Positions 49,785 to 60,737 are shown, numbered from the stretch's first letter. The stretch is 64,000 nucleotides of DNA from Sedimentisphaerales bacterium (GCA_963663965.2 CAXXFK010000011.1:160001-224000); one strand, 5' to 3'. Translations and numbers: made by a program. Notes: generated from the sequence alone by a model not told the origin.

Positions 49785-51023
49785 ATGTCTATGAATAATT
49801 TACAACACACAGTATTACATTCTTGTCACATTTCATGCGGCGGCAAAATGGTCAACTTCAATGGCTGGTCTATGCCAATACAATATTCGCAAGGTATTGT
49901 GCATGAACACCTTAAAACCAGGCGCGCTTCCGGCATCTTTGATGTCAGTCATATGGGACGCTTTGCCATTTCCGGACCCGGCGCAATTGATTTTTTACAA
50001 TTTACCCTGACAAACAACGCAAAAAAACTCCAACCCGGATTCGCTCACTACACCCTGATAGCCAATGAGCAGGGAGGGGCCATCGATGATGCCTACCTCT
50101 ACTGCTTTGGAGTCAATGACTATTTACTGGTAGTCAATGCCGGCAATAAAATTAAGGATTTGAACCACCTTCAAACTCTGCAAAAGAATTTTTCGGGCGT
50201 TGAATTACTGGATCTGTCTGATGATCTGGCCATGATCGCGTTACAAGGCCCCGCTTCAAAGTCGGTTTTGCAACAATTGGATCCCAATGTCCAACTCCCT
50301 GATGATGGCAGAAATCATTGTATTATCACTGATTTTCTGGGCTGCCCTATCAAAATCAGTACCACCGGCTATACCGGAGAACCGGTTTGTTATGAATTAT
50401 TTGTCCCATGTGCCAAGGCTCCAGATATCTGGCAAGCCCTGAACAGCCACGATCAGGTTACTCCTGTCGGATTGGGCGCCCGGGATACTTTGCGACTGGA
50501 AGCCGCCCTGCCCCTTTATGGCCATGAATTTGGTCTGGATATGCATGGAAACGATATCCCCATTCTTTCCTGCCCGACAGCCGCATTTGCCGTCGACAAA
50601 ACCAAGGCCGAAGATTATATTGGTAAAAAGCCTGTTCAACAGCAGTTGATGGCGCTCGATGCCTTAAAAAAGAAAGACTATAGTTTAATTGAGACACTGC
50701 CTTATCGCTTGCGATGTGTAACTCTGAAAGAAAAAGGCATCGCCCGCGAACATTGCCCGGTTGAACAGAATGGTTCGCCAGTAGGCTATATCACCAGCGG
50801 CACTATGGTTCCCTACTGGATTATTGATACCAGTCAGACCCCGCCGGCCTTTTCGGACCAGAGCGCCATGCGATCTATTGGATTGGCCCTGATTGACAGC
50901 CGGTTGCCTATCGGCGCCGAAATTCAGGTCATCATCCGAAACCGCCCCGTTGCCGCACAAATTTGTAAAACTCCGGTTGATAACCGGTCTACCTCTATTT
51001 GCCTGCCTGTATTATTACCATAA
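49785..51023 (+). CDS. gcvT: Glycine cleavage system T protein
   Basis: GKMVNFNGWSMPIQY, FDVSHMG, TGYTGE, GLGARDTLRLEAALPLYG; start moved to ATG 49785 (AGGA RBS; ATGACA-N17-TATAGT upstream). Confidence 0.96.
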   Translation: MSMNNLQHTVLHSCHISCGGKMVNFNGWSMPIQYSQGIVHEHLKTRRASGIFDVSHMGRFAISGPGAIDFLQFTLTNNAKKLQPGFAHYTLIANEQGGAIDDAYLYCFGVNDYLLVVNAGNKIKDLNHLQTLQKNFSGVELLDLSDDLAMIALQGPASKSVLQQLDPNVQLPDDGRNHCIITDFLGCPIKISTTGYTGEPVCYELFVPCAKAPDIWQALNSHDQVTPVGLGARDTLRLEAALPLYGHEFGLDMHGNDIPILSCPTAAFAVDKTKAEDYIGKKPVQQQLMALDALKKKDYSLIETLPYRLRCVTLKEKGIAREHCPVEQNGSPVGYITSGTMVPYWIIDTSQTPPAFSDQSAMRSIGLALIDSRLPIGAEIQVIIRNRPVAAQICKTPVDNRSTSICLPVLLP

Positions 51024-51045
51024 TTTTTTCAAGGAGAATCATTAC

Positions 51046-51426
51046 ATGGCCAATATGAAATTTACTGAATCGCATGAATGGGCCTGTTTAGACCAGGATA
51101 CTGGTGAGGTCACGATTGGGATTACCGCGTTCGCCGTCGAACATCTGGGCGATATTGTTTTTCTGGAATTACCAGAATCCAACGCCTCCATTTCCAAAGG
51201 AAAAAGCTTTGGAACGATCGAATCAGTAAAATCAGCTTCGGATATCTATAGCCCGGTCACCGGCGAAATCGTGGCTATTAATAGCGAATTATGCGATAAC
51301 CTGGAATGGCTCGAGTCGCCCTATGAAAAAGCCTGGATGATTCGAATAAAAGCGAAGAATCCATCCGAATTGGATGCCCTGATGGATGAGGCCGCTTACC
51401 AGGATTATCTGAAAACCCAGGAATAA
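51046..51426 (+). CDS. gcvH: Glycine cleavage system H protein
   Basis: FTESHEW, GITAFA..LGDIVF, lipoyl-Lys IESVKSASD; AAGGAG RBS. Confidence 0.97.
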   Translation: MANMKFTESHEWACLDQDTGEVTIGITAFAVEHLGDIVFLELPESNASISKGKSFGTIESVKSASDIYSPVTGEIVAINSELCDNLEWLESPYEKAWMIRIKAKNPSELDALMDEAAYQDYLKTQE

Positions 51427-51450
51427 TCTTTTTCTACAGAAAGGTTTTTT

Positions 51451-52782
51451 ATGCCTTTTATAGCCAATACCCCTGCCCAGCAGCAAGAGATGTTGTCGCT
51501 GATCGGCCAGAATATGGAAGGGTTGTTTTCCGACATCCCCGCCCCGCTGCGCTGTCAGCCCTTAAACCTGCCTGCCGGGTTAAGTGAACAGGAAGTTCGC
51601 AAGCACCTTACCGATCTATCCGACAAAAATGCCACCGACCTGATCAATTTCCTCGGCGGCGGTTTTTATGATCATTTCGTCCCGGCCGCGGTCAACGCCA
51701 TCGTATCACGCAGTGAATTCTACACCGCCTATACTCCCTATCAGCCGGAATTATCCCAGGGCACCTTACAGGCGATCTATGAATACCAAAGCGCCATCTG
51801 CACAATTACCGGCATGGACGCTTCCAATGCCTCGCTCTACGATGGCGGTACCGCCCTGTACGAAGCCATGACCATGGCCTTGAGAACCACCGGGCGCTCA
51901 CGCATCATTATTGATGACAGTGTCAACCCCATCTACCGGGTCATGCTGCACTCCTATTCCAGAAACCTCAACATCGAACTGGTTGAAGTACCTAACGCCG
52001 ATGGCATGATCAACCGCCGCGAACTGGTTCGCCTTCTGAATGACAAAACCGCCGCGGTTATCGTCCAGAATCCCAACTTCTTCGGTTGCATCGATGATTT
52101 CAGTGATCTGGCCGAAATCGTTCATGACAAAGGGGCCTTGTTGATCGTCTCCTGTTATCCGATTTCACTGGGCATTCTCAAAACCCCCGCCGAAATGGGC
52201 GCGGATATTGTGACCGGCGAAGGCCAGAGTCTTGGATTGCCGCTGTCATTCGGCGGCCCCTACCTTGGATTTATCGCCACCCGCGATAAGCATGTCCGCA
52301 AGCTGCCCGGCCGGATTGCCGGTTTGACCAGAGACCGCCTCGATCGACGTGGCTTCGTGTTAACCCTGCAAGCGCGTGAACAGCATATCCGCCGGGACAA
52401 GGCCACCTCCAACATCTGTACCAATCAGGCCCTCTGTGCCCTGACCGCCCTGGTTTACCTGTCACTGATGGGAAAATCAGGCTTTCGCGAAGTCGCCCAG
52501 CTCTGTGCGGATAAAGCATCTTACGCCTACAATCGCCTGACCGCGATTCCCAAAGTATCGCCCCATTTCCATAACCGCTGGTTCTTTAATGAATTTGTTA
52601 TCGATTTACCCTGTAACGCCTCCGATGTCGCCGGCAAATTGATCGAACGCGGTTTTGCCGCCGGATTCCCGTTAAGCCGTTATTATCAAGGCATGGATAA
52701 CTCGTTATTGATTGCCATAACCGAAAAACGCACCAAACAGGAAATCGGTATGCTGGCAGAATCGCTGGAGGATATCTTATGA
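51451..52782 (+). CDS. gcvPA: Glycine dehydrogenase subunit 1
   Basis: FLGGGFYDH, TAYTPYQPELSQG, REQHIRRDKATSNICTNQ. Confidence 0.97.
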   Translation: MPFIANTPAQQQEMLSLIGQNMEGLFSDIPAPLRCQPLNLPAGLSEQEVRKHLTDLSDKNATDLINFLGGGFYDHFVPAAVNAIVSRSEFYTAYTPYQPELSQGTLQAIYEYQSAICTITGMDASNASLYDGGTALYEAMTMALRTTGRSRIIIDDSVNPIYRVMLHSYSRNLNIELVEVPNADGMINRRELVRLLNDKTAAVIVQNPNFFGCIDDFSDLAEIVHDKGALLIVSCYPISLGILKTPAEMGADIVTGEGQSLGLPLSFGGPYLGFIATRDKHVRKLPGRIAGLTRDRLDRRGFVLTLQAREQHIRRDKATSNICTNQALCALTALVYLSLMGKSGFREVAQLCADKASYAYNRLTAIPKVSPHFHNRWFFNEFVIDLPCNASDVAGKLIERGFAAGFPLSRYYQGMDNSLLIAITEKRTKQEIGMLAESLEDIL

Positions 52783-54233
52783 AACTGATTTATGAAAAAA
52801 GTGTAACCGGCCGGATTGGAGTTCGCCATTGCCTGAGTGATGTGCCCGGTTCCATCAACTTAAATAAAAACTACCTGCGCGATAAAGAGGCCGAACTGCC
52901 GGAACTCAGCGAGCTGGATGTCGTTCGCCATTTCACCGAATTGACCCGCCGCAACTTCGGCGTGGACACCAACTTCTATCCGCTCGGCTCCTGCACGATG
53001 AAATACAATCCCAAGGTCGCCGAACTCATCGCGCAGTATCCCGGATTCGCGCAATTGCATCCGTTGTTACCCCAGTTGCGCCTGGGCGGCATGTTGACCC
53101 AGGGCGCCCTGCAGGTTATCTACGACACGGATATGCTCTTACGCGAAATCACCGGCATGGCCGCCTATACCATGCAACCCCTGGCCGGCGCCCACGGCGA
53201 ATTGACCGGGATTATGATCATGGCCGCCTATCACAAGGACCGTGGCAACAAAAAATCGGTCATTCTCATCCCCGATAGCGCCCACGGCACCAATCCCGCC
53301 AGCGCCGCCATTGGTAACTATCAAGTCGTCAGTATTCCCAGTGACAAACAGGGTGTCATGGACATCGAAGCCCTGAAGAAAAATCTGAACGATGAAGTGG
53401 CCGGCCTCATGCTGACCTGCCCCAATACCCTGGGCATTTTTAATCCGCACATCAAAGAAATCTGCGACCTGGTCCACTCCGTCGATGGTCTTTGCTACTA
53501 TGACGGCGCCAACCTGAACGCTATTCTTGGCAAAGTACGCCCGGGAGATATCGGCTTCGATCTGCTTCATGTCAATCTCCATAAAACCTTCGCCACCCCC
53601 CATGGCGGCGGCGGCCCCGGTTCCGGCCCGGTGGGTGTCATTGATAAACTCGCAGACTACTTACCGGTATCGCTGGTAATCAAACGGGATGATGGCACCT
53701 ATGCTCTGGAATACAACCGTCCCAAATCGATTGGATATATCGCCCCATTCTACGGTAATTACGGCATTATCCTGCGCGCCTACGTTTATATGCTCATGCT
53801 GGGCCGCGAAGGCCTGTTGCGCGTCTCCGAAAATGCCGTGCTCAACGCCAACTACATCAAAGAGCGCCTTAAACCCTATTATGACATGTCTCAGCAGGGT
53901 ATCTGTAAACACGAATTTGTCTTGAGTGCAATCCGTCAGGCGGATAATGAAGTTCGGGCGCTCGATATTGCCAAAGCCCTGATCGACGAAGGCTACCACC
54001 CGCCCACAATCTATTTCCCCTTGATCGTCAAAGAAGCCATGATGATCGAACCGACAGAAACCGAAAGTAAAGAGACCATGGATGGCTTTATTGAGGCAAT
54101 GATCCGAATTGCCGAAAAAGCCCAGACTGATCCCGAATATTTCAAGGACACCCCACGAACCACCTGTGTCACGCGACTGGATGAAGCCGCTGCGGCCCGC
54201 AATCCCAATATCGCCTGCTCCTGTCTGGGCTGA
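52779..54233 (+). CDS. gcvPB: Glycine dehydrogenase subunit 2
   Basis: YPLGSCTMKYNP, SAHGTNPASA, PLP-Lys NLHKTFATPHGGGGPG, MIEPTETES. Confidence 0.97.
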   Translation: MKLIYEKSVTGRIGVRHCLSDVPGSINLNKNYLRDKEAELPELSELDVVRHFTELTRRNFGVDTNFYPLGSCTMKYNPKVAELIAQYPGFAQLHPLLPQLRLGGMLTQGALQVIYDTDMLLREITGMAAYTMQPLAGAHGELTGIMIMAAYHKDRGNKKSVILIPDSAHGTNPASAAIGNYQVVSIPSDKQGVMDIEALKKNLNDEVAGLMLTCPNTLGIFNPHIKEICDLVHSVDGLCYYDGANLNAILGKVRPGDIGFDLLHVNLHKTFATPHGGGGPGSGPVGVIDKLADYLPVSLVIKRDDGTYALEYNRPKSIGYIAPFYGNYGIILRAYVYMLMLGREGLLRVSENAVLNANYIKERLKPYYDMSQQGICKHEFVLSAIRQADNEVRALDIAKALIDEGYHPPTIYFPLIVKEAMMIEPTETESKETMDGFIEAMIRIAEKAQTDPEYFKDTPRTTCVTRLDEAAAARNPNIACSCLG

Positions 54234-54333
54234 TATTCGGAAGCCATATAAGACTCTTTCTTACTTTACTTTATATGTGATAATATCACCCTGCATGAAC
54301 AAGAGGTTAATTTTATAACACAGGAGAATCCTA

Positions 54334-55707
54334 ATGTATGATGTTGCAATTATCGGTAGCGGCCCGGGAGGTTACGTCGCTGCCCTGCGCGCCGCATTGC
54401 AAGGCGCCAAAACCTGTATTATCGAGAAGGAACACATTGGCGGCACCTGCCTCAATGTAGGATGTATCCCCACCAAGACCATGCTGCATGCCGGCGAAAC
54501 CGCCTGGCACATACGACACGCCAAAGAACTGGGACTGTCTGCCGGAGAACTCACGGTCGACGACAAAGCATTCATGAAACGAACGGCCAGGGTAGTCTCC
54601 ACTTTGCGCGCCGGAGTCAACGGCCTGCTCAAAAAACGCCAGGTCGATATCATCAAAGGTTTTGGCCGATTATCGAATCCCAATACGATTACCGTAGATA
54701 CTGATGGTAAACAGACAACGGTTCAGGCCCGTTCCATTATCATTGCCACCGGCTCTCAGCCGGTCAGGCCGGGTTTTCTCCCCTGGGAGAACCCCTGCCT
54801 CATGACCACCGATGAAGCCACCTCCGCGACCACGCTCCCCAAAGATATTATCATTCTCGGCGGTGGTGTTATCGGCTGCGAATTCGCCACGGTCTATAGC
54901 GAACTGGGCATCCCGACCACCCTGGTCGAAATGCTGGATTCGGTTGTTGCCAATATGGATGATGACATTATCAAAGCCATCACGGCCAGCCTGAAAAAAC
55001 GAGGCGTAAACCTCCACACCGGCACCAAACTTGAATCGGTGAAACCTGACAACCAGGGTGTCGTCGCCCAGCTTAGCAATGGCGAACAAATAAAAGCTTC
55101 TGCCATGTTGGTAGCCATCGGCCGCAAACCCAATACCGATGATATCGGCTTGAATACCGTGGGAATCACCACCGACAAAGGCCTGATACCCGTAAACGCC
55201 CGGTGTCAGACCTCCATTCCAACTATTTACGCCATTGGCGATGCTGCGGTCCCGCTTCAATACGCGCATGTCGCCAGCCGCATGGGGATCATCGCTGCCG
55301 ATAACGCGACCGGCCACCCTTCAGAAGATAAACTCAACGTTGTACCAACCGGTATTTACACCCATCCCGAGGTGGCCTCTGTCGGCCTTTCCGAGAAGCA
55401 GGCGAAGGAAATCGGCGAACCCATCCGTATCGCCTCCTTCCCTTATATGGCCTCAGGTATGGCCAAAGCCTACGGCGAGACGGAAGGCATGGTCAAACTG
55501 ATTGCCAGTGAAAAACACGGCGAAATCCTGGGCGCGGTCATTATTGGCCCGCATGCCACCGACACGATTCAGGAAGTGGCTCTGGCCATGAAAAATGAAC
55601 TGACCATTGAAGAAATTGCCCACACCATTCATCCCCACCCAACCTTTATCGAAGCTATTGGCGAAGCCGCCGAGGCTTGGCTGGGCATGCCACTCCACTC
55701 TCTCTAA
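54334..55707 (+). CDS. lpdA: Dihydrolipoyl dehydrogenase (GCS L protein)
   Basis: GSGPGGY, GGTCLNVGCIPTK, GGGVIGCE, HPHPTFIE. Confidence 0.97.
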   Translation: MYDVAIIGSGPGGYVAALRAALQGAKTCIIEKEHIGGTCLNVGCIPTKTMLHAGETAWHIRHAKELGLSAGELTVDDKAFMKRTARVVSTLRAGVNGLLKKRQVDIIKGFGRLSNPNTITVDTDGKQTTVQARSIIIATGSQPVRPGFLPWENPCLMTTDEATSATTLPKDIIILGGGVIGCEFATVYSELGIPTTLVEMLDSVVANMDDDIIKAITASLKKRGVNLHTGTKLESVKPDNQGVVAQLSNGEQIKASAMLVAIGRKPNTDDIGLNTVGITTDKGLIPVNARCQTSIPTIYAIGDAAVPLQYAHVASRMGIIAADNATGHPSEDKLNVVPTGIYTHPEVASVGLSEKQAKEIGEPIRIASFPYMASGMAKAYGETEGMVKLIASEKHGEILGAVIIGPHATDTIQEVALAMKNELTIEEIAHTIHPHPTFIEAIGEAAEAWLGMPLHSL

Positions 55708-55727
55708 GGTTTTTCCTTTTCATACCC

Positions 55728-55763
55728 AGAGCCGGTTGTTATGATGACCGGCTCTTTCTTTTT
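55728..55763 (+). terminator. Terminator of the gcv-lpdA operon
   Basis: AGAGCCGGTT..GACCGGCTCT TTCTTTTT. Confidence 0.75.
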
Positions 55764-55794
55764 CTGCCAAAAAGTAATGCTTTTGTACTAAACG

Positions 55795-57900
55795 ATGTCA
55801 AAACGGATTGATCAACATACTTTGAATGTGCTGGAATATCCAGCCATCCTGAACATCCTGGCTGGATACGCCGCCAGCGATATGGGCCGGGAAGCCGCAC
55901 AAACGCTCTATCCTTCCACGGACCGGTCCTGGATTCTCCGCCGCCTGGCCGAAACAGCCGAGATGCGTTTTCTGATCGATCATGACATCCGCATTCCTTT
56001 GGCAGGCATGCGGGATATCCGGCCCATTCTGGATCACCTCGGCAAAAAACAGGCCGTCCTCGAACCCACCGAACTCCTGCAAATTTCCGACACCCTCAGC
56101 GCCTGCGCCAATCTGAAAGCATTTTTCTCTTCTTTACCCGGGGACCGTTTCCCCACATTGACTCAATTCTCCGATCAATTGGGCAATTTTGAAACCATTG
56201 TCGATCCCATCAACCAGAGTATCGACGGAGATGAAACCGTCAAAGATGATGCCTCGCCCAAACTGAAAGAAATCCGCAAGGAAATGGCCATTCTCAAGGC
56301 GGAGATCCAGACAAAATACCAGAAAATCGTCAATAACCCCCATATCCGTAAAGCCCTGGCCAACGAGCAGTTTTTAACCCGTAACGGTCGCGCCGTCGTA
56401 CTGGTTAAAGCCAATTACCGTACCCACGTCAACGGCATCGTCCTGGACCGGTCCAACACCGGCGGCGCGCTCTACATCGAACCTTACGAACTGGTGGAAT
56501 TATCCAACCAGTTGGAAGATATCACCTTCAACGAACGCCGGGAAGTGGAACGCATCCTCTGGGAACTGACCCGCCTGATCATCAGCCACCGCAAGCCGAT
56601 TCATAACTCGATTATAACCTTATCCCATATCGACCTGACCTGGGCCAAGGCCCGCTTCGGCCAGGCCTACAACATGTCCGCACCCATCTTAAGCGATCAC
56701 CACAAACTCAGCCTCCGCCAGGCCCGCCATCCCCTGCTTATCGACCTGTTCAGCCGCCAACAGCAAATCACCCCCGAACTGGCCTTTACCCAGGTCGTCC
56801 CCATTGATGTCCGGCTGGGCGATGATTTCGACCTCCTGCTCCTGACCGGTCCCAATACCGGCGGCAAAACTGTCACCCTCAAGACCATCGGCCTCATCCA
56901 GCTCATGACCCAAAGCGGCATGCAGATCACTGCCTGGCCGGACTCTTCCGTTCCCATTTACCACTCCATCTTTGCCGATATCGGCGATGAACAGAGTATC
57001 CAGCAAAGCCTGAGTACCTTTTCCGCCCACATGAAACAGATCGTCTCCGTCATCCAGGGCGTTAATCGCCATTCACTCGTCCTGCTGGATGAACTCGGCT
57101 CAGGCACCGATCCCACCGAAGGCGCCTGTCTTTCAGCGGCCATCTTAACCCACCTGCTGAAAAAACATTGTCATATCGCCGCCACGACCCATCTCGGCCA
57201 GCTCAAACATTTCGCCTGGTCCTCGGCGCGTGCGGAAAATGGCTCGGTCCAGTTCGATCTCGAAACCATGCGCCCCACCTACCACCTCCTGATCGGCACA
57301 CCCGGCAGCAGCAATGCCCTGGCCATCGCCCAGCGTCTGGGGATGCAGCCCGATATCATCCGCCAGGCCCAACAGGACATCAGTGAAGAAACCCAAAGCT
57401 CCAATCGCGAATATAACCTGATCCAGGCCACCCGCGAAGAAGCCGAACGCAAACGTCAGGATGCCCAGGCCATTCTCGACAGCGCCGAAGGCGTGCAGCA
57501 ACTGGCCATCGAGCGCCTGGAACAATCCACCATTCTCCAGGAAGAAATTCGCCAGCAGGCCGATTTTGCTATCGAACAATCGATGAAACAGGTCCGCCAC
57601 CTGGTCGAAAAACTTCAGTTCGACAGCAAAAATGCCCCCGCCCAATGGCGTCAGCTGATCGAAAGCTACGCGCAGCTATTCATCCAGGCTGCTAACGACA
57701 CCCCTCTGGGCCGGCGCCAGCAACAGTTCATCGAAAGTCTGCGTAAAGGCGATACCGTCTACCTGCCCCACCTGCGCACCACCGGACTGGTCATCCGGAT
57801 CCGCAAAAACCGACAGACCGCCGAAATCGCCACCAGTGACAAAACCCTCGAACTGCCTTTCGATCGTCTGGCCCCGGCCGATATCGCCAGCCAGCTCTAA
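55795..57900 (+). CDS. mutS2: MutS2-family ATPase lacking the C-terminal Smr domain
   Basis: ARHPLL, TGPNTGGKT, ADIGDEQSIQQSLSTFSAH, LLDELGSGTDP.EG, GTPGSSNALAIA, coiled coil, KOW-like LRKGDTVY, then stop. Confidence 0.9.
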   Translation: MSKRIDQHTLNVLEYPAILNILAGYAASDMGREAAQTLYPSTDRSWILRRLAETAEMRFLIDHDIRIPLAGMRDIRPILDHLGKKQAVLEPTELLQISDTLSACANLKAFFSSLPGDRFPTLTQFSDQLGNFETIVDPINQSIDGDETVKDDASPKLKEIRKEMAILKAEIQTKYQKIVNNPHIRKALANEQFLTRNGRAVVLVKANYRTHVNGIVLDRSNTGGALYIEPYELVELSNQLEDITFNERREVERILWELTRLIISHRKPIHNSIITLSHIDLTWAKARFGQAYNMSAPILSDHHKLSLRQARHPLLIDLFSRQQQITPELAFTQVVPIDVRLGDDFDLLLLTGPNTGGKTVTLKTIGLIQLMTQSGMQITAWPDSSVPIYHSIFADIGDEQSIQQSLSTFSAHMKQIVSVIQGVNRHSLVLLDELGSGTDPTEGACLSAAILTHLLKKHCHIAATTHLGQLKHFAWSSARAENGSVQFDLETMRPTYHLLIGTPGSSNALAIAQRLGMQPDIIRQAQQDISEETQSSNREYNLIQATREEAERKRQDAQAILDSAEGVQQLAIERLEQSTILQEEIRQQADFAIEQSMKQVRHLVEKLQFDSKNAPAQWRQLIESYAQLFIQAANDTPLGRRQQQFIESLRKGDTVYLPHLRTTGLVIRIRKNRQTAEIATSDKTLELPFDRLAPADIASQL

Positions 57901-59216
57901 CCGCGATTCACCATCAGCGCGGGCTGCCCCGTCGCCTCCAGCACATCACGCCACAACTCCCCTTCCGGATCGATCTGCTTCCGCTCCGATACCGCCAGTT
58001 CTGTGGGGATATGAACGAATTTATTATGGACCAGCCCAACCAGCATCGCCGTTTTTCCCGCCATCGCGGCATGGACCGCGTTGCTGCCCAGCCGGGCGCA
58101 ATAAATCGAATCCGTCGGGATCGCCGCGGCGCTGCGTATCATATAACTCGGATCGATATATTTCATACTGACCGGAAAATGCTCCTGATCGAAATGATGC
58201 TTGATGGCGTCTTTCAGATACAGTCCGATATCGTTCATCACCACATTGCCCGACGCGTCTTTCTGCCCGGTATTCGCCAGCAGGTCCATCCCGGCCCCTT
58301 CCGCCACCAGGATCACCGCGTGGTTACGACGCTCCAGCCGCTTCTTCAAATGCACCAGCAGCCCGTTCTCACCCGCCAGTTCAAACGGCACCTCCGGAAC
58401 CAGTACAAAATTCACATCGTTCATCGCCAGCGCCGTATGGGCCGCGATAAATCCCGAACTCCGTCCCATCACCTTAACCAGACCAATCCCGTTGATCGCG
58501 TCATGCGCCTCAACATGCGCCCCGCTCACCGCCCGCGTCGCTTCCGAAACCGCCGTTTCAAATCCAAACGAACGCTCGACAAAACTGATATCGTTATCGA
58601 TCGTCTTGGGAACACCCACCACCGCGATATCCAATCCTCTTTCCAGGGCCTCCCGGGCAATCGCCAGCGCTCCCTTTTGCGTACCGTCACCGCCAATACA
58701 AAACAGAATATTGACCCGGTCCGCCACCAGCCGGTCCACCATTTCACGATAACGATCTCCTTTACCCCGCGAAGATCCCAGAATCGTACCGCTATGCTGG
58801 TGGATATCGTCAACCTCATCCGGCGTGAGTAAAATAGGCGAAAATCGCGAGTCCGCCAACAAACCGCCATAGCCAAAGCGGTAACCGATAATCTCCCGCA
58901 CCGAATAATGATACCACAGATTCATCACCACCGCGCGAATCACATCATTCAAGCCCGGACACAACCCCCCGCAGGTTACAATCCCCGCGCGGACCTTGCC
59001 CGGTTCAAAAAAGAGCTTCTCCCTCGGCCCGGCCTTTTCCACCAATTCCATTTGATCGCAATTCAACGCATCCCGGTTACCTGACAATTCAATATCATGC
59101 ATCACGTATTGATCATCCGGCACAAAAGAGGCAATATAATCATCCTTGATATTGGATAATTTCAAGGGAGAGGGATATCGCGTCTCTCCCAACGACGGTA
59201 TGGTAAATTCACGCAT
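57897..59216 (-). CDS. pfkA: ATP-dependent 6-phosphofructokinase (group X type)
   Basis: TCGGLCPGLNDVIR, GTILGSSRG, IGGDGT, PKTIDND, MGR, YIDPSYMIRS. Confidence 0.95.
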   Translation of the reverse strand: MREFTIPSLGETRYPSPLKLSNIKDDYIASFVPDDQYVMHDIELSGNRDALNCDQMELVEKAGPREKLFFEPGKVRAGIVTCGGLCPGLNDVIRAVVMNLWYHYSVREIIGYRFGYGGLLADSRFSPILLTPDEVDDIHQHSGTILGSSRGKGDRYREMVDRLVADRVNILFCIGGDGTQKGALAIAREALERGLDIAVVGVPKTIDNDISFVERSFGFETAVSEATRAVSGAHVEAHDAINGIGLVKVMGRSSGFIAAHTALAMNDVNFVLVPEVPFELAGENGLLVHLKKRLERRNHAVILVAEGAGMDLLANTGQKDASGNVVMNDIGLYLKDAIKHHFDQEHFPVSMKYIDPSYMIRSAAAIPTDSIYCARLGSNAVHAAMAGKTAMLVGLVHNKFVHIPTELAVSERKQIDPEGELWRDVLEATGQPALMVNRG

Positions 59217-59218
59217 GG

Positions 59219-60499
59219 TTACACCCGCTCCGCTGCCACTAGATCATCATAGGTTTCCCGCCGGCGGATCAAATGACATTGCCCGCCATCCACCAGCACC
59301 TCAGCCGCCCTGGGCCGCGCGTTATACTGACTGCTCATCGTAAACGCGTACGCCCCGGCCGTAAAGACTCCCAGCAAATCGCCTCTTTGCGCCGGCGGCA
59401 GCATTCGCTCTTTAGCCAGAAAATCACCCGATTCGCAAATGGGCCCAACCACATCCACCTTTTCCAAACCATCCATGGGCGGACACTCTTCCCGACGTTC
59501 CGGCACAAACGCGTCCCCAACCTGAACCGGCCAGATAAAATGAAACGCCCCATAAAACGCCGGCCGGATCAGATCATTCATGGCCGCATCCACAATCAGA
59601 AACCGTTTGTCGCCGCCCGCCTTGGTATAAATAACCCGGGTCAACAATAACCCACCATTCCCCGCGATACTGCGGCCGGGTTCCAGAATCAACTTCAGAT
59701 TCTGCCCTCTCAACATCGGGATAATTTTATCGGCATACTCCAGCGTGGGGGGCGTCTGTCCGGTTTGATAATCCGCTCCCAGTCCTCCCCCAAGATCCAG
59801 GGTATCCACCGCGAATCCTTTGGCTCGCAACGCGTCGATAAAAGGCAGCGTTTTCTCCAATGCCTCCACGTAAGGCTCCGCGCTGTAAATCGGCGAACCC
59901 AGGTGCAGATGAACCGCCGACAGCGACAGGCTGCTTTCTTTGCCAAACGTTTCAAACACCGTCATGGCCCGGTCCAGGTCAACCCCGAATTTGGATTCTC
60001 GTTTACCCGTGGCGGTATGCCGGTGCGTTTTGGGATCCACATCCGGATTGATTCGCAAGGCGCATTGTGCCCGTTTGCCCTTATCCCGGGCCAGACGGGC
60101 CAGGTTCGCCAACTCTTCTTCCGATTCGATATTAAAATAGGCGATTCCCGCGTCCAGCGCGGCGTTAATTTCAACATCGGTCTTGCCCACCCCCGCGTAA
60201 ACCACTTTACCCGGATCACCCCCGGCCTGTAAGACCCGGAACAACTCGCCGCCGCTGACAACATCAAATCCACTGCCCCATTCATGCAGTTTCTTCAGAA
60301 TATTGAGATTGCCGCAACTCTTAACCGAATAGCAGATCATCGGATCAAATTCGGCATAAGCCGCTTTGATTCGATCGTAATGATGCTTCAACGTCGCCTG
60401 ACTGTAAATATAAACCGGGGTCCCAAATTCCTTCGCGATCCGGTCAACTGGAACATCTTCGCAATATAATTGCCCATCACGATACGAGAAAAAATCCAT
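59219..60499 (-). CDS. lysA: Diaminopimelate decarboxylase
   Basis: YSVKS (PLP-Lys), FDVVSGGE, SKFG, HLGS, EPGRSI, GPICESGD, GAY..MSSQYN.RP; GAGGT RBS before ATG 60499. Confidence 0.97.
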   Translation of the reverse strand: MDFFSYRDGQLYCEDVPVDRIAKEFGTPVYIYSQATLKHHYDRIKAAYAEFDPMICYSVKSCGNLNILKKLHEWGSGFDVVSGGELFRVLQAGGDPGKVVYAGVGKTDVEINAALDAGIAYFNIESEEELANLARLARDKGKRAQCALRINPDVDPKTHRHTATGKRESKFGVDLDRAMTVFETFGKESSLSLSAVHLHLGSPIYSAEPYVEALEKTLPFIDALRAKGFAVDTLDLGGGLGADYQTGQTPPTLEYADKIIPMLRGQNLKLILEPGRSIAGNGGLLLTRVIYTKAGGDKRFLIVDAAMNDLIRPAFYGAFHFIWPVQVGDAFVPERREECPPMDGLEKVDVVGPICESGDFLAKERMLPPAQRGDLLGVFTAGAYAFTMSSQYNARPRAAEVLVDGGQCHLIRRRETYDDLVAAERV

Positions 60500-60708
60500 A
60501 ATTACCTCTTGTCTGGCAGTCCAATATCTTACTTGATTACAGAGACTTATATTTTCCAAACCCACTTAATAACAAGCCGGTTTGCTCTATCAAGCCATGT
60601 ATATTAATCGAATCACTATGATTTTTCAACTATTCAAATAGGATCATTATCAATCTCCTTAAACCTCAATTCCAAAAACAATACCCAGGAATTTTTAAAT
60701 AATTCCTG

Positions 60709-60737
60709 TTGACACCTCTGCCAAAGCCTGATAGTTT
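60709..60737 (+). promoter_or_regulatory. Sigma70-like promoter upstream of the riboswitch
   Basis: TTGACA-N17-TAGTTT. Confidence 0.55.

Noticed and set aside
58011..58832. Long antisense ORFs (e.g. 58011-58832, 54670-55317, 30034-30612, 47428-48009)
   Set aside because: Shadow frames of well-supported genes on the opposite strand.
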